A stretch of 62,912 nt of DNA, filler included, from Octopus bimaculoides (GCF_001194135.2; 8 parts of 5 records of this genome joined end to end with filler, not necessarily neighbours in it), one strand, 5' to 3'. Positions 1-13,106 are shown, counted from the first letter of the whole stretch. Notes: generated by a model not told the origin, from the sequence alone. Numbers and translations: made by a program.

Positions 1-46
<46 letters not shown>

Positions 47-163
47 AGGGGGTCTATGTGTATATATATATATATATACATACCTAAACTTGGAAATGGA
101 TGCGTCGCGTTCAACATATACATATGTTGATATAGGTTGATAGATAATTACAAAATTAAGTAA

Positions 164-207
<44 letters not shown>

Positions 208-843
208 GTAGGTAGGGAGGTAGGGAGGTAGAGGAATAGAGAGTTAAATGGAATAAAATAAAAGAACAGAAACGATAAAGTAACAGGAGAGAGAGAGAGA
301 AAGAGATAGAGGCTGGCATGAAAAAGTGTTGTAAGAATGACAGAACGAATTAGATATTGCCGAAACGAATCAGAGGGGAAAGGAGGGTGTCAGAGTAAGA
401 GAATGAAATCGAGACGTGCTGCTGCTGCTGTTGCTTGTTGTGGCGGTGGGAGTGGTGTGGAGTGGTGTAGTATGGGGAGAAGGTTGGGGTTGAGCTGGTA
501 GAGAATGAGAGGAGCAGAAAGAGTGAAAGAGCATACTAAAGCAAGGGAAGAGATATTGGAAGGAGACAGACATACAGAGAGAGGGGGAGAGAGGGAGAGG
601 GAGAGGGAGAGAGAGAGGGNNNNNNNNNNGGAGAGAGAGAGGGAGAGGGAGAGAGAGAGGGAGAGGGAGAGTGTTAGCGAAATAAAATGTGAGAGGAGAC
701 TGTGGGAAAAGCTGAAAGATTGGATGGTTGGGGAAGGAATTGAAAGATTAAAAGAAGAATGCGTAACAGGGAATGGTAAATCATTATTAGAATGCTGATA
801 GATATTGAAAATATGATTGTGAAAAATGGTGAGGAACAGAAGA

Positions 844-874
<31 letters not shown>

Positions 875-986
875 GAGATAGAGAATTCGTGAGGGAGTGA
901 ACGACTGCACGACTAGAAAAAAACAAAGAGAGGTTTAAGAAAAGTATTATGTTGCAGTGAGGAGAGAAAAGAAAGAGAAGAGAGAA

Positions 987-1023
<37 letters not shown>

Positions 1024-1255
1024 GCTAGGGTGAGGAGTAAAAAATGTCAAGCCAGCCGGTTTATGTGGTATAGCGCCTGGTTTATCCGGTAGAAGCTATC
1101 CCGTCGTTCCTTGCCATGTCATCGTTTTGGACATAGCATTAAAACCGTCTACCGACGGGAGAGGCTTGTAACAAGGGAAAGACAAATACGTCGATGCCTG
1201 TCAAGGGGAGACTATATACATATATGTATGTATATATATGTATATATATATATAT

Positions 1256-1290
<35 letters not shown>

Positions 1291-2472
1291 GTGTGTGTGT
1301 ATGTATATGTATATATATATATATATATATATTTATATANNNNNNNNNNNNNNNNNNNNNNNNNNNNNNNNNNNNNNNNNNNNNNNNNNNNNNNNNNNNN
1401 NNNNNNNNNNNNNNNNNNNNNNNNNNNNNNNNNNNNNNNNNNNNNNNNNNNNNNNNNNNNNNNNNNNNNNNNNNNNNNNNNNNNNNNNNNNNNNNNNNNN
1501 NNNNNNNNNNNNNNNNNNNNNNNNNNNNNNNNNNNNNNNNNNNNNNNNNNNNNNNNNNNNNNNNNNNNNNNNNNNNNNNNNNNNNNNNNNNNNNNNNNNN
1601 NNNNNNNNNNNNNNNNNNNNNNNNNNNNNNNNNNNNNNNNNNNNNNNNNNNNNNNNNNNNNNNNNNNNNNNNNNNNNNNNNNNNNNNNNNNNNNNNNNNN
1701 NNNNNNNNNNNNNNNNNNNNNNNNNNNNNNNNNNNNNNNNNNNNNNNNNNNNNNNNNNNNNNNNNNNNNNNNNNNNNNNNNNNNNNNNNNNNNNNNNNNN
1801 NNNNNNNNNNNNNNNNNNNNNNNNNNNNNNNNNNNNNNNNNNNNNNNNNNNNNNNNNNNNNNNNNNNNNNNNNNNNNNNNNNNGTGGTGGGAGAGGGAAG
1901 CAACTGGGAAAGAGAAAGAAATATGAAAGACTGAGTACAAAAAAGAAATGGGGGGGGGAGAAAAGAGAAACAGAGGCGTAATGAGAGTGAAAGGAAGAGA
2001 GAAGTAAACCAATCAGATCTAAACACTATCTTTAACCTTTGGCACTGGAATGTGGTAAGGAAAAGAAGGGGAGGAGGAGAGGAGAAGGGGATAGGGAGGA
2101 GAAGAGCAGAGGGGTGGAGGTAATAAAATAAAACCTCAATGGTGGCTTGTAATAAACAAATCATCTCTTCTTCAACAACCAGCAGACACACACAAAACAC
2201 ACGCACACACACGCGCGCACACACACGCNNNNNNNNNNNNNNNNNNNNNNNNNNNNNNNNNNNNNNNNNNNNNNNNNNNNNNNNNNNNNNNNNNNNNNNN
2301 NNNNNNNNNNNNNNNNNNNNNNNNNNNNTCCATGTTTGTTTTTGTTTGGCAAGTTTCTCTAGGTTAAAAACAAATGAAAATAGAACCAGTACGTATGTTT
2401 CTTATTGGTAAAATGACCATTCAATGATCCAACAACGCATTCGTTCTATTTCACTCGTTATTATTATTTGTC

Positions 2473-3778
2473 AGGACGGCGAGCCAGCAGAATCGCTAGC
2501 ACACCGGGGAAAATAGTGGCATTTCGTCCGTCTTTATGCTCTGAGTTCAGATTCTGTCGAGGTCGACTCTTCCTTTCATCCTTTCGGAGTGAAACACTGT
2601 GGTCGATGTAATCGACTATTCCACTCCCCCCAAAATTTTAGGCCTTGTGCCACTAGTAGAAAAGATTATCATTATTATTATTATTAATATTCTCAATTAC
2701 ATATATCATATATATATATATATAACTCTTAAACGTTTACATATTTATATAGCATATAAACCATTCTTTATTGTCTTCATAGATACAAAATTTATATTAG
2801 TACATTGAATATATTATAATAAAATTCGTTATTTTTAAAACTTATTTCACGCTACTACAATTTTCGCAGAAGCTGACTTTTCCTTTCATTCTCTTGGAGG
2901 CGATAAAATAAGTACCAGTTGCGTTCTTGGGTCTATCTAATCGACTGGCCCCTTCCCCCAAAATTTCGAGCCTTGTGCCTAGGGTAGAAAAGGATAAAAT
3001 AAGTACCAGTTGATCACTGAAGCTGGTCTTATCGACTTACCTTCTCTCCCGAAATTTTCTCGCCTTTTGCTAAAATTTGATACCATTATTACTTCTCAAC
3101 AAGGGCGGTGAGCCGGCAGAATCGTTATCATATCGCAGAAAATGCTTAGCAGCATTTCTTCTGGCATTATGTTCGAGTTCAGATTCCACCGAGATCGACT
3201 TTGCTTTTCATCCTTTCTAGATCGATAAATTAAATACCTCGGCGAATTTGAACTCAGAACATAATGCCAGAAGAAACGCTGCTAAGCATTTTCTGCGATA
3301 TGATAACGATTCTGCCAGCTTTAAAACTGAAACTATTATTATTCGTCGGTGAAGTGGCAGAGTTGTAAGCGCGTCGAACAAATTGCTTGACGGCATTTCG
3401 TTCCGCTTTTTCGTTCTGAGTTCAAATTCCGCCGAGGTCGTGTTTACCTTTCAGCATTTTGGGTTCGATAAAATAAGTACTAGTTGAGCACCGGGATCGA
3501 TGTAATCGACTAACCCCTACCCGCAAAATTTCAAGCCTTGTATCGTAGAAAGAATTATCGTAGAAAGAATTATACCAAGTCAACTAAGGGCAATGAACTA
3601 GCAGAATCGTTACCGCATCGGACAAAATGCTTAGCGATATTTCTTTCAGCTTTACGTTCTGGGTTCAAATTCTGCCGAGGTTAACTTGGCATCTCATTTT
3701 TAGTAGGGTTGATAAAATAAACTAATCTCCTTCCTCTGAAACTGCGGGCTTTGTCCTAAATTAAGACAGGATTATTTC
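2473..3778 (+). mobile_element. Cluster of about seven tRNA-derived SINE copies (family A), one of them inverted
   Basis: Repeated head ggcggcgagctggcagaatcgttagc (A-box-like) and gagttcaaattcc (B-box), core gactttgcctttcatcctttcggggtcgataaaataagtaccag, and tail aaatttc.ggccttgtgcc..(tta)n. Confidence 0.9.
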
Positions 3779-4254
3779 TAGCCAACGCGTTAGCCAATTA
3801 ACTACGATTGTTTGATTAATCGTTCTCAGAATCTTTTATACCGGCACCGCATCACAGACTAATTAGATTTCACTGTTCTGCACCATGGGCAGATGTTTTG
3901 CCTCTTGTTCCAGGTTTGTAATTGCTTTGAGAATGGTATTTGTGAGAGAAACTGTACGAAAGACTACTGGATTTGCACGAGTTCGTGCACTGAAGTTCGG
4001 AGGAAGACAAAATAATATAAGCATAAGGAGTTTTAGATGTATATTATTATCCTGAAGAAAATAACAATCAGCAGAAATCAACGCGAGCGAATCTTCAGTA
4101 TGACAGTTTGCAAGAGATGCTCCTCTTTCCAAAATATGCATGGATGTGTGTGTGCGTATGTGTGTGTGAGTGTACATACACATAAATATAAATATATACA
4201 TATATTTATAAACACACACTTATCTATCTATCTATCTATCTATCTATGTATCTA

Positions 4255-4320
<66 letters not shown>

Positions 4321-4817
4321 CATTTATGTATGTATGTATGTATGAGTCTGAGTGTGTATGCATGTATTGAATGTAGGTATATATTCATAGACATATATGA
4401 AGATAAATAAGTATGAATATATATATATATACTTATATGCATTTGTGTGCGCGAGCGCGAACTACGTATGTTAACACACACATATACATTCATATACATG
4501 GATGTTACAGAAACTGTTTAATAAATATGGCCCTTTAACATAAAGATGAAACAAGGGATCTTGAGGATCGTACCTGTTCTTTCGACTAAAAACAAATGAA
4601 AAAGGAAGCAGCACGTGGTTACTTGATCTAATAGTAATAGCTGTAAAATCTCCCTTGAGTAATACCATCGCGTCTTAATGAATGAAGTGCACATCGGTTT
4701 ATATAATTACTGTATAGACAAAACAATGAGATTGTCACTGTTTTAATGTCATTGTTGATATGTCTGATACTGGATCAAAGAAGAACAACAATAGCAACAA
4801 CAATAACCAAATACTAA

Positions 4818-5211
4818 CGCGGTCCCGGGTTCAGTCCCACTGCGTGGCACCTTGGGCAAGTGTCTTCTACTATAGCCTCGGACCGACCAAAACCTTGTGA
4901 GTGGATTTGGTAGACGGAAACTGAAAGAAGCCCGTCGTATATATGTATATGTATATATATATATATNNNNNNNNNNNTGTGTGTGTGTATGTGTGTTTGT
5001 GTGTCTGTGTTTGTCCCCCCAACATCGCTTGACAACCGATGCTGGTGTGTTTATGTCCCCGTAACCTAGCGGTTCGGAAAAAGAGACTGATAGAATAAGT
5101 ACTAGGCTTCTAAAGAATAAGTCCTGGGGTCGATTTGCTCGACTAAAGGCGGTGCTCCAGCATGGCCACAGTCAAAAGACTGAAACAAGTAAAAGAGTAA
5201 AAGAGTAAAGA
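4818..5211 (+). mobile_element. tRNA-derived CORE-like SINE (family B, OR-type) with internal microsatellite
   Basis: ggttcagtcccactgcgtggcaccttgggcaagtgtc (B-box plus CORE-like block), then (TA)n(TG)n, then a right arm ending gaaacaagtaaaagag. Confidence 0.88.
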
Positions 5212-5588
5212 GTGCTATTATAAGTCTGCTTGATCAGAGTTGACCTGAGACTAAACAACATAAAACCGATTGCAGTATTAGTCGTTTTAACATTGCAGTA
5301 TAATCTGTTTTACCTTTATTTATTGATGGCATTTAGAAAATGTCTTCTAATTTTGCGGAGCCGATGTTAGCCTTCCTGCCTGTTAAACGCTCTCTAGTTC
5401 TCTGTATCTTCATCACAACGTCTCTATATTCTAATGTCTACCAGAAAAGACATCAGAATACCAACACGAATTTATATTATATCAGATACCGTAATGCTGA
5501 CGGTAAAGTTTCATTTTTCTCCTGAAGGTTTTTGACTTCATATTTATTGCTAATGGTGTCAATATCACAGTTATTATTTTCTTCTCTC

Positions 5589-5890
5589 CTCTTATGTTCA
5601 TAGAAATTATCTCCATTAATGGCTATCACATATTAATAAAGGTCAAGCCGTACATAAACTCTGTTAATCATATTAGCGTGTATGATAAATACTTCAGCTA
5701 AAACTGCCACACTAAATGAAGCAAGACGAACAAAGGGTCCTCTTATGTTCATAGACCTGATCAGTAAAGCTATAACTATTAATGGTTATCACTAATTACA
5801 GAAGGTCAAGCAAAAGACACTATCAATTGGATTGGTGTGTATGATTGATAAATATTTCAGTTTAAAAAGCTACACTAAATGAAGCCAAAT
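5589..5890. repeat. Old direct tandem duplication, period about 151 bp
   Basis: ctcttatgttcatag...attaatgg.tatcac...aaggtcaagc...acactaaatgaagc occurs twice. Confidence 0.75.
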
Positions 5891-6465
5891 CAAACAATTT
5901 GAAATAGCAACCAAATTTTCCTCTAAACACACCTTTCTGCCTCTAAAGAAGACAGGATGGTTACAACTGAATGACGTTTAACCTAGCTCTGCTCAGTTAG
6001 GTGTGATCTAGGGCTAAGCAGCTACAGTAAAAAGATTCCATTTCCTTAGTACCGTGCAGCTCTTTTTTAAAAAGAAGGCACGATCTTTCTTATACATATG
6101 GCTTATAGATATAGTAATATTCCCGCCATTTCATAGCCAGGTAAAGAAGAATTGCAATCAGCAAATCGAAACTGAGAAGCAAATAATAGTAATGTGATTG
6201 ATGATATCACGTAACAGTGATGTCTGGTTAAGTAGCTGTGCTATGGACACTTGACTGTTCATAAGATCAGCACTGCTTTGCGCGTGTGTGCGCGCGCGCG
6301 CGCACACACACACACACACATAGATACACATTCATATTTGGTCTGTCTTATACATGCACATAGATAATATATATGTATGTATGTATGTATTTATGTGCGT
6401 ATATATATATATATATATATATTTAAAACATGTAGTTTACCAGTGCTAACACAATTAATCGATAT

Positions 6466-6507
<42 letters not shown>

Positions 6508-9454
6508 NNNNNNNNNNNNNNNNNNNNNNNNNNNNNNNNNNNNNNNNNNNNNNNNNNNNNNNNNNNNNNNNNNNNNNNNNNNNNNNNNNNNNNNNNNNNN
6601 NNNNNNNNNNNNNNNNNNNNNNNNNNNNNNNNNNNNNNNNNNNNNNNNNNNNNNNNNNNNNNNNNNNNNNNNNNNNNNNNNNNNNNNNNNNNNNNNNNNN
6701 NNNNNNNNNNNNNNNNNNNNNNNNNNNNNNNNNNNNNNNNNNNNNNNNNNNNNNNNNNNNNNNNNNNNNNNNNNNNNNNNNNNNNNNNNNNNNNNNNNNN
6801 NNNNNNNNNNNNNNNNNNNNNNNNNNNNNNNNNNNNNNNNNNNNNNNNNNNNNNNNNNNNNNNNNNNNNNNNNNNNNNNNNNNNNNNNNNNNNNNNNNNN
6901 NNNNNNNNNNNNNNNNNNNNNNNNNNNNNNNNNNNNNNNNNNNNNNNNNNNNNNNNNNNNNNNNNNNNNNNNNNNNNNNNNNNNNNNNNNNNNNNNNNNN
7001 NNNNNNNNNNNNNNNNNNNNNNNNNNNNNNNNNNNNNNNNNNNNNNNNNNNNNNNNNNNNNNNNNNNNNNNNNNNNNNNNNNNNNNNNNNNNNNNNNNNN
7101 NNNNNNNNNNNNNNNNNNNNNNNNNNNNNNNNNNNNNNNNNNNNNNNNNNNNNNNNNNNNNNAAACGAAAACATAAAAACGAAAACATAGAAAACGAACT
7201 TTCTTTCGAACAACGAAAAGAACAAACAGAGAAATGAGATATGCAACATAAAGAGTATACCCCTTCTTCAGTTGTCCCTGTTTCATCTACTCCGCGTTTC
7301 GAAGGCAAGGACAATACGCAACTTAGTTGAAACTGTCCTTTCCGCAAAGCAAATTAAATAACATTTGGGATTTTTTGTGGAGGGTGAAAGTGTTAACAAG
7401 AACAGGACAGTGAAAACAAGACAGTAAAAACAAACGGTGAGGGCTGTTGAGCCAAGGCGATAGAAAAATTATTATGAATGCTAGGTAGACAAGCCATGAG
7501 GAGACAAGAAAAGGCACGTCTTTTCTTTAGCAAGGAAGTGGACAGAAAGAGAGATCCCCTTTCATCACGTGTCAGCGACGAGAGATATACTTACATACAG
7601 AAGACCAAAAGTGTACGTACGCCGCTATATGTATATATGTATATATAAAAAAATCAAAACAAAACATGGAACAAGAACATAACAGGCAATAGCAAAACAC
7701 TCGGACAGTTAGATGATACAAAAAAGGACCAATTAGCGACAAGGTAATATTGACGATTAACGATGTTTATGACGAAGGATTATACGTTAATAAACTGCAG
7801 AACCACAGAGATTATATAAGTCCACTTAAATGACTAGACAAATATAGGCATGATGGTGTATAGAGTGTAGATATATACATGTATAAATTGGAGAACAGTA
7901 TACTAAGTCATTGCAGTATTTAGTCTCGTTCTCTTAAAGTTTAGGATTCAGATCACACTAATCCATTCGTCTTTTCGTCTATCAATAAAATTAATACCAA
8001 TAGTCTAATGGAAAGTAGGTGGAGGAGGAGTCTTCATTGTATGCAAATTGTTGCAGACATTTATAATTGTCATTTGAATCCTTGTAAGAAGTTTGTTTCT
8101 CGATCATATGGTTCCGGGTTCAGTCCCACTGTGCGACGCTTTGTGCAAGTGTCTACTACAATAGCCTCGGGGTATAGTAGAAGATTTGATTCCTTGCCAT
8201 ACCTCCGAAAAGAGTCAAGTGGTTGTCGGAGAATTTCCACGCCTTCAACAACCCCAGTTTCTGGCCTTCTAATTCTCCGATTGTAATCCCATGGGTCACT
8301 GCGTATGTTCTCATAGTCTTGGTGTTCGTATTTGTAATTGTGTGCCATGTTCTCCGTGTTTTTTTTTGTTGTTTTTGTTGCCGTACACATTCTCTTGTCC
8401 GCTTTTGTATCATCTATATATATATATAATGGGACAAAAACGCAATAGAGGACAATAGAACATACGAACAGTCAGACGATACAAAGGCAGACAAGAGAAA
8501 CAGTAATTAGAAGGACAGGGAGAAAAGAAAAAAGGACGGGTCGTTCGTGGCCTTCTTCCTTCAGTCAAGACACCAGATGTTTTTACCGTTTCGAATAGAG
8601 ACAGTTCGACCTGGTTGCCCCACAAAAAGTCTAAGCTAAGAGCATTAGATTTTTTTTGTAAAAAAGCTAGCGAATGTGTACAACAACAAAGACAAAGAAA
8701 CGGAGAACATGGTACACAGTTACAAATACAAACAACAACAATATATATGAGCATATATGTGTGAGTATACATACATACATACATACATACATGCATACAT
8801 ACATACATACATACATACATACATACACACATACATACATACATACATACATACGCTGTGTTTGCTGGAGTGGATCCTGGCCATCTCTCTGGCGACAAGG
8901 TGTTCACGACTGAGGATGAGCAAAGTAACTGGAAACCGAATAAGTCTGGCGATCCGCTCGTCTGCTGGAGGAGTCCACTCTCCGGCGGCCAGCATAAATG
9001 TACAAGGTGCAGGCTGCACCTATAACTAGCTAGCAGAAGATCTGCCTGAAGTTATATTGATGTGGCGATTAACTTTACTTGTTATATATATATATATATA
9101 TATATATATANNNNNNNNNNNNNNNNNNNNNNNNNNNNNNNNNNNNNNNNNNNNNNNNNNNNNNNNNNNNNNNNNNNNNNNNNNNNNNNNNNNNNNNNNN
9201 NNNNNNNNNNNNNNNNNNNNNNNNNNNNNNNNNNNNNNNNNNNNNNNNNNNNNNNNNNNNNNNNNNNNNNNNNNNNNNNNNNNNNNNNNNNNNNNNNNNN
9301 NNNNNNNNNNNNNNNNNNNNNNNNNNNNNNNNNNNNNNNNNNNNNNNNNNNNNNNNNNNNNNNNNNNNNNNNNNNNNNNNNNNNNNNNNNNNNNNNNNNN
9401 NNNNNNNGGAGGGGGACGGGATAAATTACCTGCATCAACTTGCTATAAAAGCAG

Positions 9455-10508
9455 GTAGTAATTTTACTTTGTCCTTATTCTTAGTGCAAGTTTTGAAGAG
9501 TGCACTTCGACTTTAACAGTTATTTTTTCAATGTTATAATGGAAGTGACAAAGGAGCATATTCGGCATATTTTGCTTTATGAGTTCAATAAAGGCAACAA
9601 CGCAACGGAAAGTGCGAGGAATATTAATGCAGTACACAGGTATCGGATAATAAGCGTTAGCTCGTGTCAACAGTAGTTCCAGAAATTCTGAGCCGGAAAC
9701 TACAGCCTAGAAGACAAGCCTAGTCCTGGAAGATCTGTAGACCTCGACGAGAAGTCCTGTAAACTTTGGTGGAACAAAATCCCATCGTAACCGTTGAGGA
9801 ACTAGCAGGGAGGCTTTGATTTGGTCATTCAACCTTTCATTGACACCTGCGTGCCATCGGAAAGTTAGCAAATTGGGTCAGTGGGTTCCTCACAATCTTT
9901 CTAAGCCTAATCGCGTGCAGAGATTGAATGTATGCTCTTCTTTGCTCTTCTTTGGATCGAGTGACTGGTGATGAGAAATGGGTTCTCTATAAAAATGCCA
10001 AGCACCTAAAGACAGTGAGTAGGGAAAGGAGAAACAGCGGCACCCCAGGCTAAAGAAGGTCTTCACCCACGTAAGGTGTTATTATCTGTTTGGTGGGATA
10101 TGAAAGGTTTAGCCCATTTTGAACTTTTAAACTCAAACCAAACGATAACAAAAAAGATTAGCTTGCGCGGCTTAAGTCAGCACTAGAAGTAAAACGACCA
10201 TCTTTGGTTTCAAGACAGACGGTGTTCTTCCATACAGCGAGGGTGACATTCCAAAGATTGGAGCAGTTTGAATGGGGAACAATGCCTCACCTCACCATAT
10301 TCGCAGGACATTGTCCCATCTGATTATCATTTATTCCGCAATCTTCAAAATCATTTGGACAGAAAAATATGAATTTTGTAGACGAGGTCAGAGCAGTAGC
10401 AGAGGACAAGTGAATTTTGGAAGAGGGGGCCTTGCAAGTCTACCAGATAGAAGACCATTGTAGAAAGTGAAGGAGAGTATATTTTAGATTTAAAAAGAAC
10501 TTTGTTTA
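9455..10508 (+). mobile_element. Decayed mariner transposon (D,D34D family)
   Basis: ATG at 9539 gives MEVTKEHIRHILLYEFNKGNNATESARNI. Later frameshifted motifs WVPH, VTGDEKWVLY, HPRKVLLSVWWD and PYS.DI.PSDYHLFRNLQNHL. Confidence 0.93.
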
Positions 10509-10608
10509 NNNNNNNNNNNNNNNNNNNNNNNNNNNNNNNNNNNNNNNNNNNNTTAATTAATTAANNNNNNNNNNNNNNNNNNNNNNNNNNNNNNNNNNNN
10601 NNNNNNNN
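10509..10608. other. Assembly linker N44-TTAATTAATTAA-N44 (12-mers at 10553, 19714, 28780, 40571, 46799, 50071 and 59651)
   Basis: Seven identical 100-bp spacers whose 12-mer gives stop codons in all six frames. Confidence 0.97.
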
Positions 10609-10795
10609 CACGAGACAAAACCTGCCTCTCCAATCTCACCTTCCTTTTCAAGTGGTACTTGAAAAAGTTGATGAGCGATCGGCCAGAGAGGTAAGTGTTT
10701 GTCTCTAATCCTTTCGCTCGAGTACACCACACACATTCTTTCACCATGGCCACCAGTACGATGAAGACTGCCTTGCCTTCCCGGTTGAGAGCAGA
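10609..10795 (-). mobile_element. Fragment of the same Tx1-like LINE
   Basis: LNREGKAVFIVLVAMVKECVWCTRAKGLET..LSGRSLINFFKYHLKRK aligns to the 36404-36733 ORF. Confidence 0.85.
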
Positions 10796-10801
10796 TATAT
10801 C

Positions 10802-10923
<122 letters not shown>

Positions 10924-12202
10924 AAATTGCTGAGTGCCTGACAGAGAATACGTGTTTACGATTGTTAGACATGAGAATGAGGGACAGGTGTCACCGAATG
11001 TCCTCCATAGTTCAATCACACTTACTTTCTCGCTGGAACAATTAAAGGGGTCAGTTTTAGAGTGCAACAGATTAATGTGAGTTACGACTGGACATCTGTA
11101 TTATGTCAAACAATCGGAAGCTATGAAGAGAATGGAGGCAGCGACGGCAGCNNNNNNNNNNNNNNNNNNNNNNNNNNNNNNNNNNNNNNNNNNNNNNNNN
11201 NNNNNNNNNNNNNNNNNNNNNNNNNNNNNNNNNNNNNNNNNNNNNNNNNNNNNNNNNNNNNNNNNNNNNNNNNNNNNNNNNNNNNNNNNNNNNNNNNNNN
11301 NNNNNNNNNNNNNNNNNNNNNNNNNNNNNNNNNNNNNNNNNNNNNNNNNNNNNNNNNNNNNNNNNNNNNNNNNNNNNNNNNNNNNNNNNNNNNNNNNNNN
11401 NNNNNNNNNNNNNNNNNNNNNNNNNNNNNNNNNNNNNNNNNNNNNNNNNNNNNNNNNNNNNNNNNNNNNNNNNNNNNNNNNNNNNNNNNNNNNNNNNNNN
11501 NNNNNNNNNNNNNNNNNNNNNNNNNNNNNNNNNNNNNNNNNNNNNNNNNNNNNNNNNNNNNNNNNNNNNNNNNNNNNNNNNNNNNNNNNNNNNNNNNNNN
11601 NNNNNNNNNNNNNNNNNNNNNNNNNNNNNNNNNNNNNNNNNNNNNNNNNNNNNNNNNNNNNNNNNNNNNNNNNNNNNNNNNNNNNNNNNNNNNNNNNNNN
11701 NNNNNNNNNNNNNNNNNNNNNNNNNNNNNNNNNNNNNNNNNNNNNNNNNNNNNNNNNNNNNNNNNNNNNNNNNNNNNNNNNNNNNNNNNNNNNNNNNNNN
11801 NNNNNNNNNNNNNNNNNNNNNNNNNNNNNNNNNNNNNNNNNNNNNNNNNNNNNNNNNNNNNNNNNNNNNNNNNNNNNNNNNNNNNNNNNNNNNNNNNNNN
11901 NNNNNNNNNNNNNNNNNNNNNNNNNNNNNNNNNNNNNNNNNNNNNNNNNNNNNNNNNNNNNNNNNNNNNNNNNNNNNNNNNNNNNNNNNNNNNNNNNNNN
12001 NNNNNNNNNNNNNNNNNNNNNNNNNNNNNNNNNNNNNNNNNNNNNNNNNNNNNNNNNNNNNNNNNNNNATTTCCATTGGTATATTAAATTGATGATATCA
12101 TCTGTCAGTCGCGAGGCTATTAATTATAATCTACTTTCCTTCGTTTAATTTTCAACATATCGATAGACATTATATTGTATACATGGTACAATATGAAATA
12201 TA

Positions 12203-12347
12203 TATAGATGTTTTCGATCTAGTTTGGATTCTTTGCCATCAAATTTGAATTCCTTGCCATCAAATTTGGATTCTTTGCAATCAAATTTAATGGCAAAATG
12301 TTCAAATTTGGTGGATCAGAATCCAAACGAGATCGAAAACATCTATA
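12203..12347. mobile_element. 145-bp MITE-like palindrome with an internal 21-bp tandem repeat
   Basis: 30-bp terminal inverted repeats with one mismatch (tatagatgttttcgatct.gtttggattct); TA at both ends. Confidence 0.7.
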
Positions 12348-12384
12348 AGAATTTCGTTGTCGACTTATAAATGTAAATTTCAAA

Positions 12385-12585
12385 TTTCAGCACGACGCCA
12401 GCAATTTCGGGTGAGTGGGGTCAATCGACTGCATAGACCCCAGTACTCAACTGGCTCTTATGGTATGTTTCCCGAAAGGATGAAAGGTAAATTCGATCTC
12501 GGCGGAATTTTGAACTCAGACCATGAAGACGGACGAAATGGCGCTAAGCATTTCGCCCGGCAAACAATTCTGCCAGCTCACCGCC
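12385..12585 (-). mobile_element. SINE family A copy
   Basis: Reverse complement of the family A head, core and tail. Confidence 0.85.
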
Positions 12586-13106
12586 TTCAGTGGATATAGC
12601 AAACAGACCCAGCATTAAAAATGTATTAATTTGAATCTGTCAAACGCAGTTAAGTTTCAAACAACCACTCATCCATCTATCAATTTATCTATCTATCTAT
12701 CCATGCATCCATCCATCTGACTATCTATCTATCTATTTATCTATCTGTCCATCTATTCAGCCATCTATCTATCCGTCTATCTCTCCCTCTCTCTCTATCT
12801 GTCTATATATATATATATAAAAGAAATAATAAATGAGTATATGCATATATACGTACAAGTATGTGCATATATATATACATATATATATATATAAAAGAAA
12901 TAATAAATGAGNNNNNNNNNNAATGGAGGATAATATGCTGTACCCAACGACTTGCAGACAATGTATCCCGTTGAATTCATTAACTTAATTTGTAACTAAA
13001 GTGACAAAAAACCACAAAGTACAAGTGTTTATGACAAACCATGTTATATTGACAACCGGCTTTACAAATAAAAGTACATAAGGAATTTGAGAATAAACAT
13101 AAACTT

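Noticed and set aside
2473-2570. tRNA-like A-box and B-box sequences as tRNA genes
   Set aside because: They are SINE heads that continue into core and tail; no full cloverleaf.
8854-9025. GC-rich read containing KSGDPLVC, similar to the S1 GDSGGPLVC motif
   Set aside because: No preceding C-x-GD and no downstream GIVSWG; starts directly on a microsatellite without an acceptor and lies upstream of the His exon. More likely a retroelement fragment.
10553-10564. TTAATTAATTAA as a piggyBac site or regulatory palindrome
   Set aside because: Always centred in N44 flanks; it is an assembly marker.
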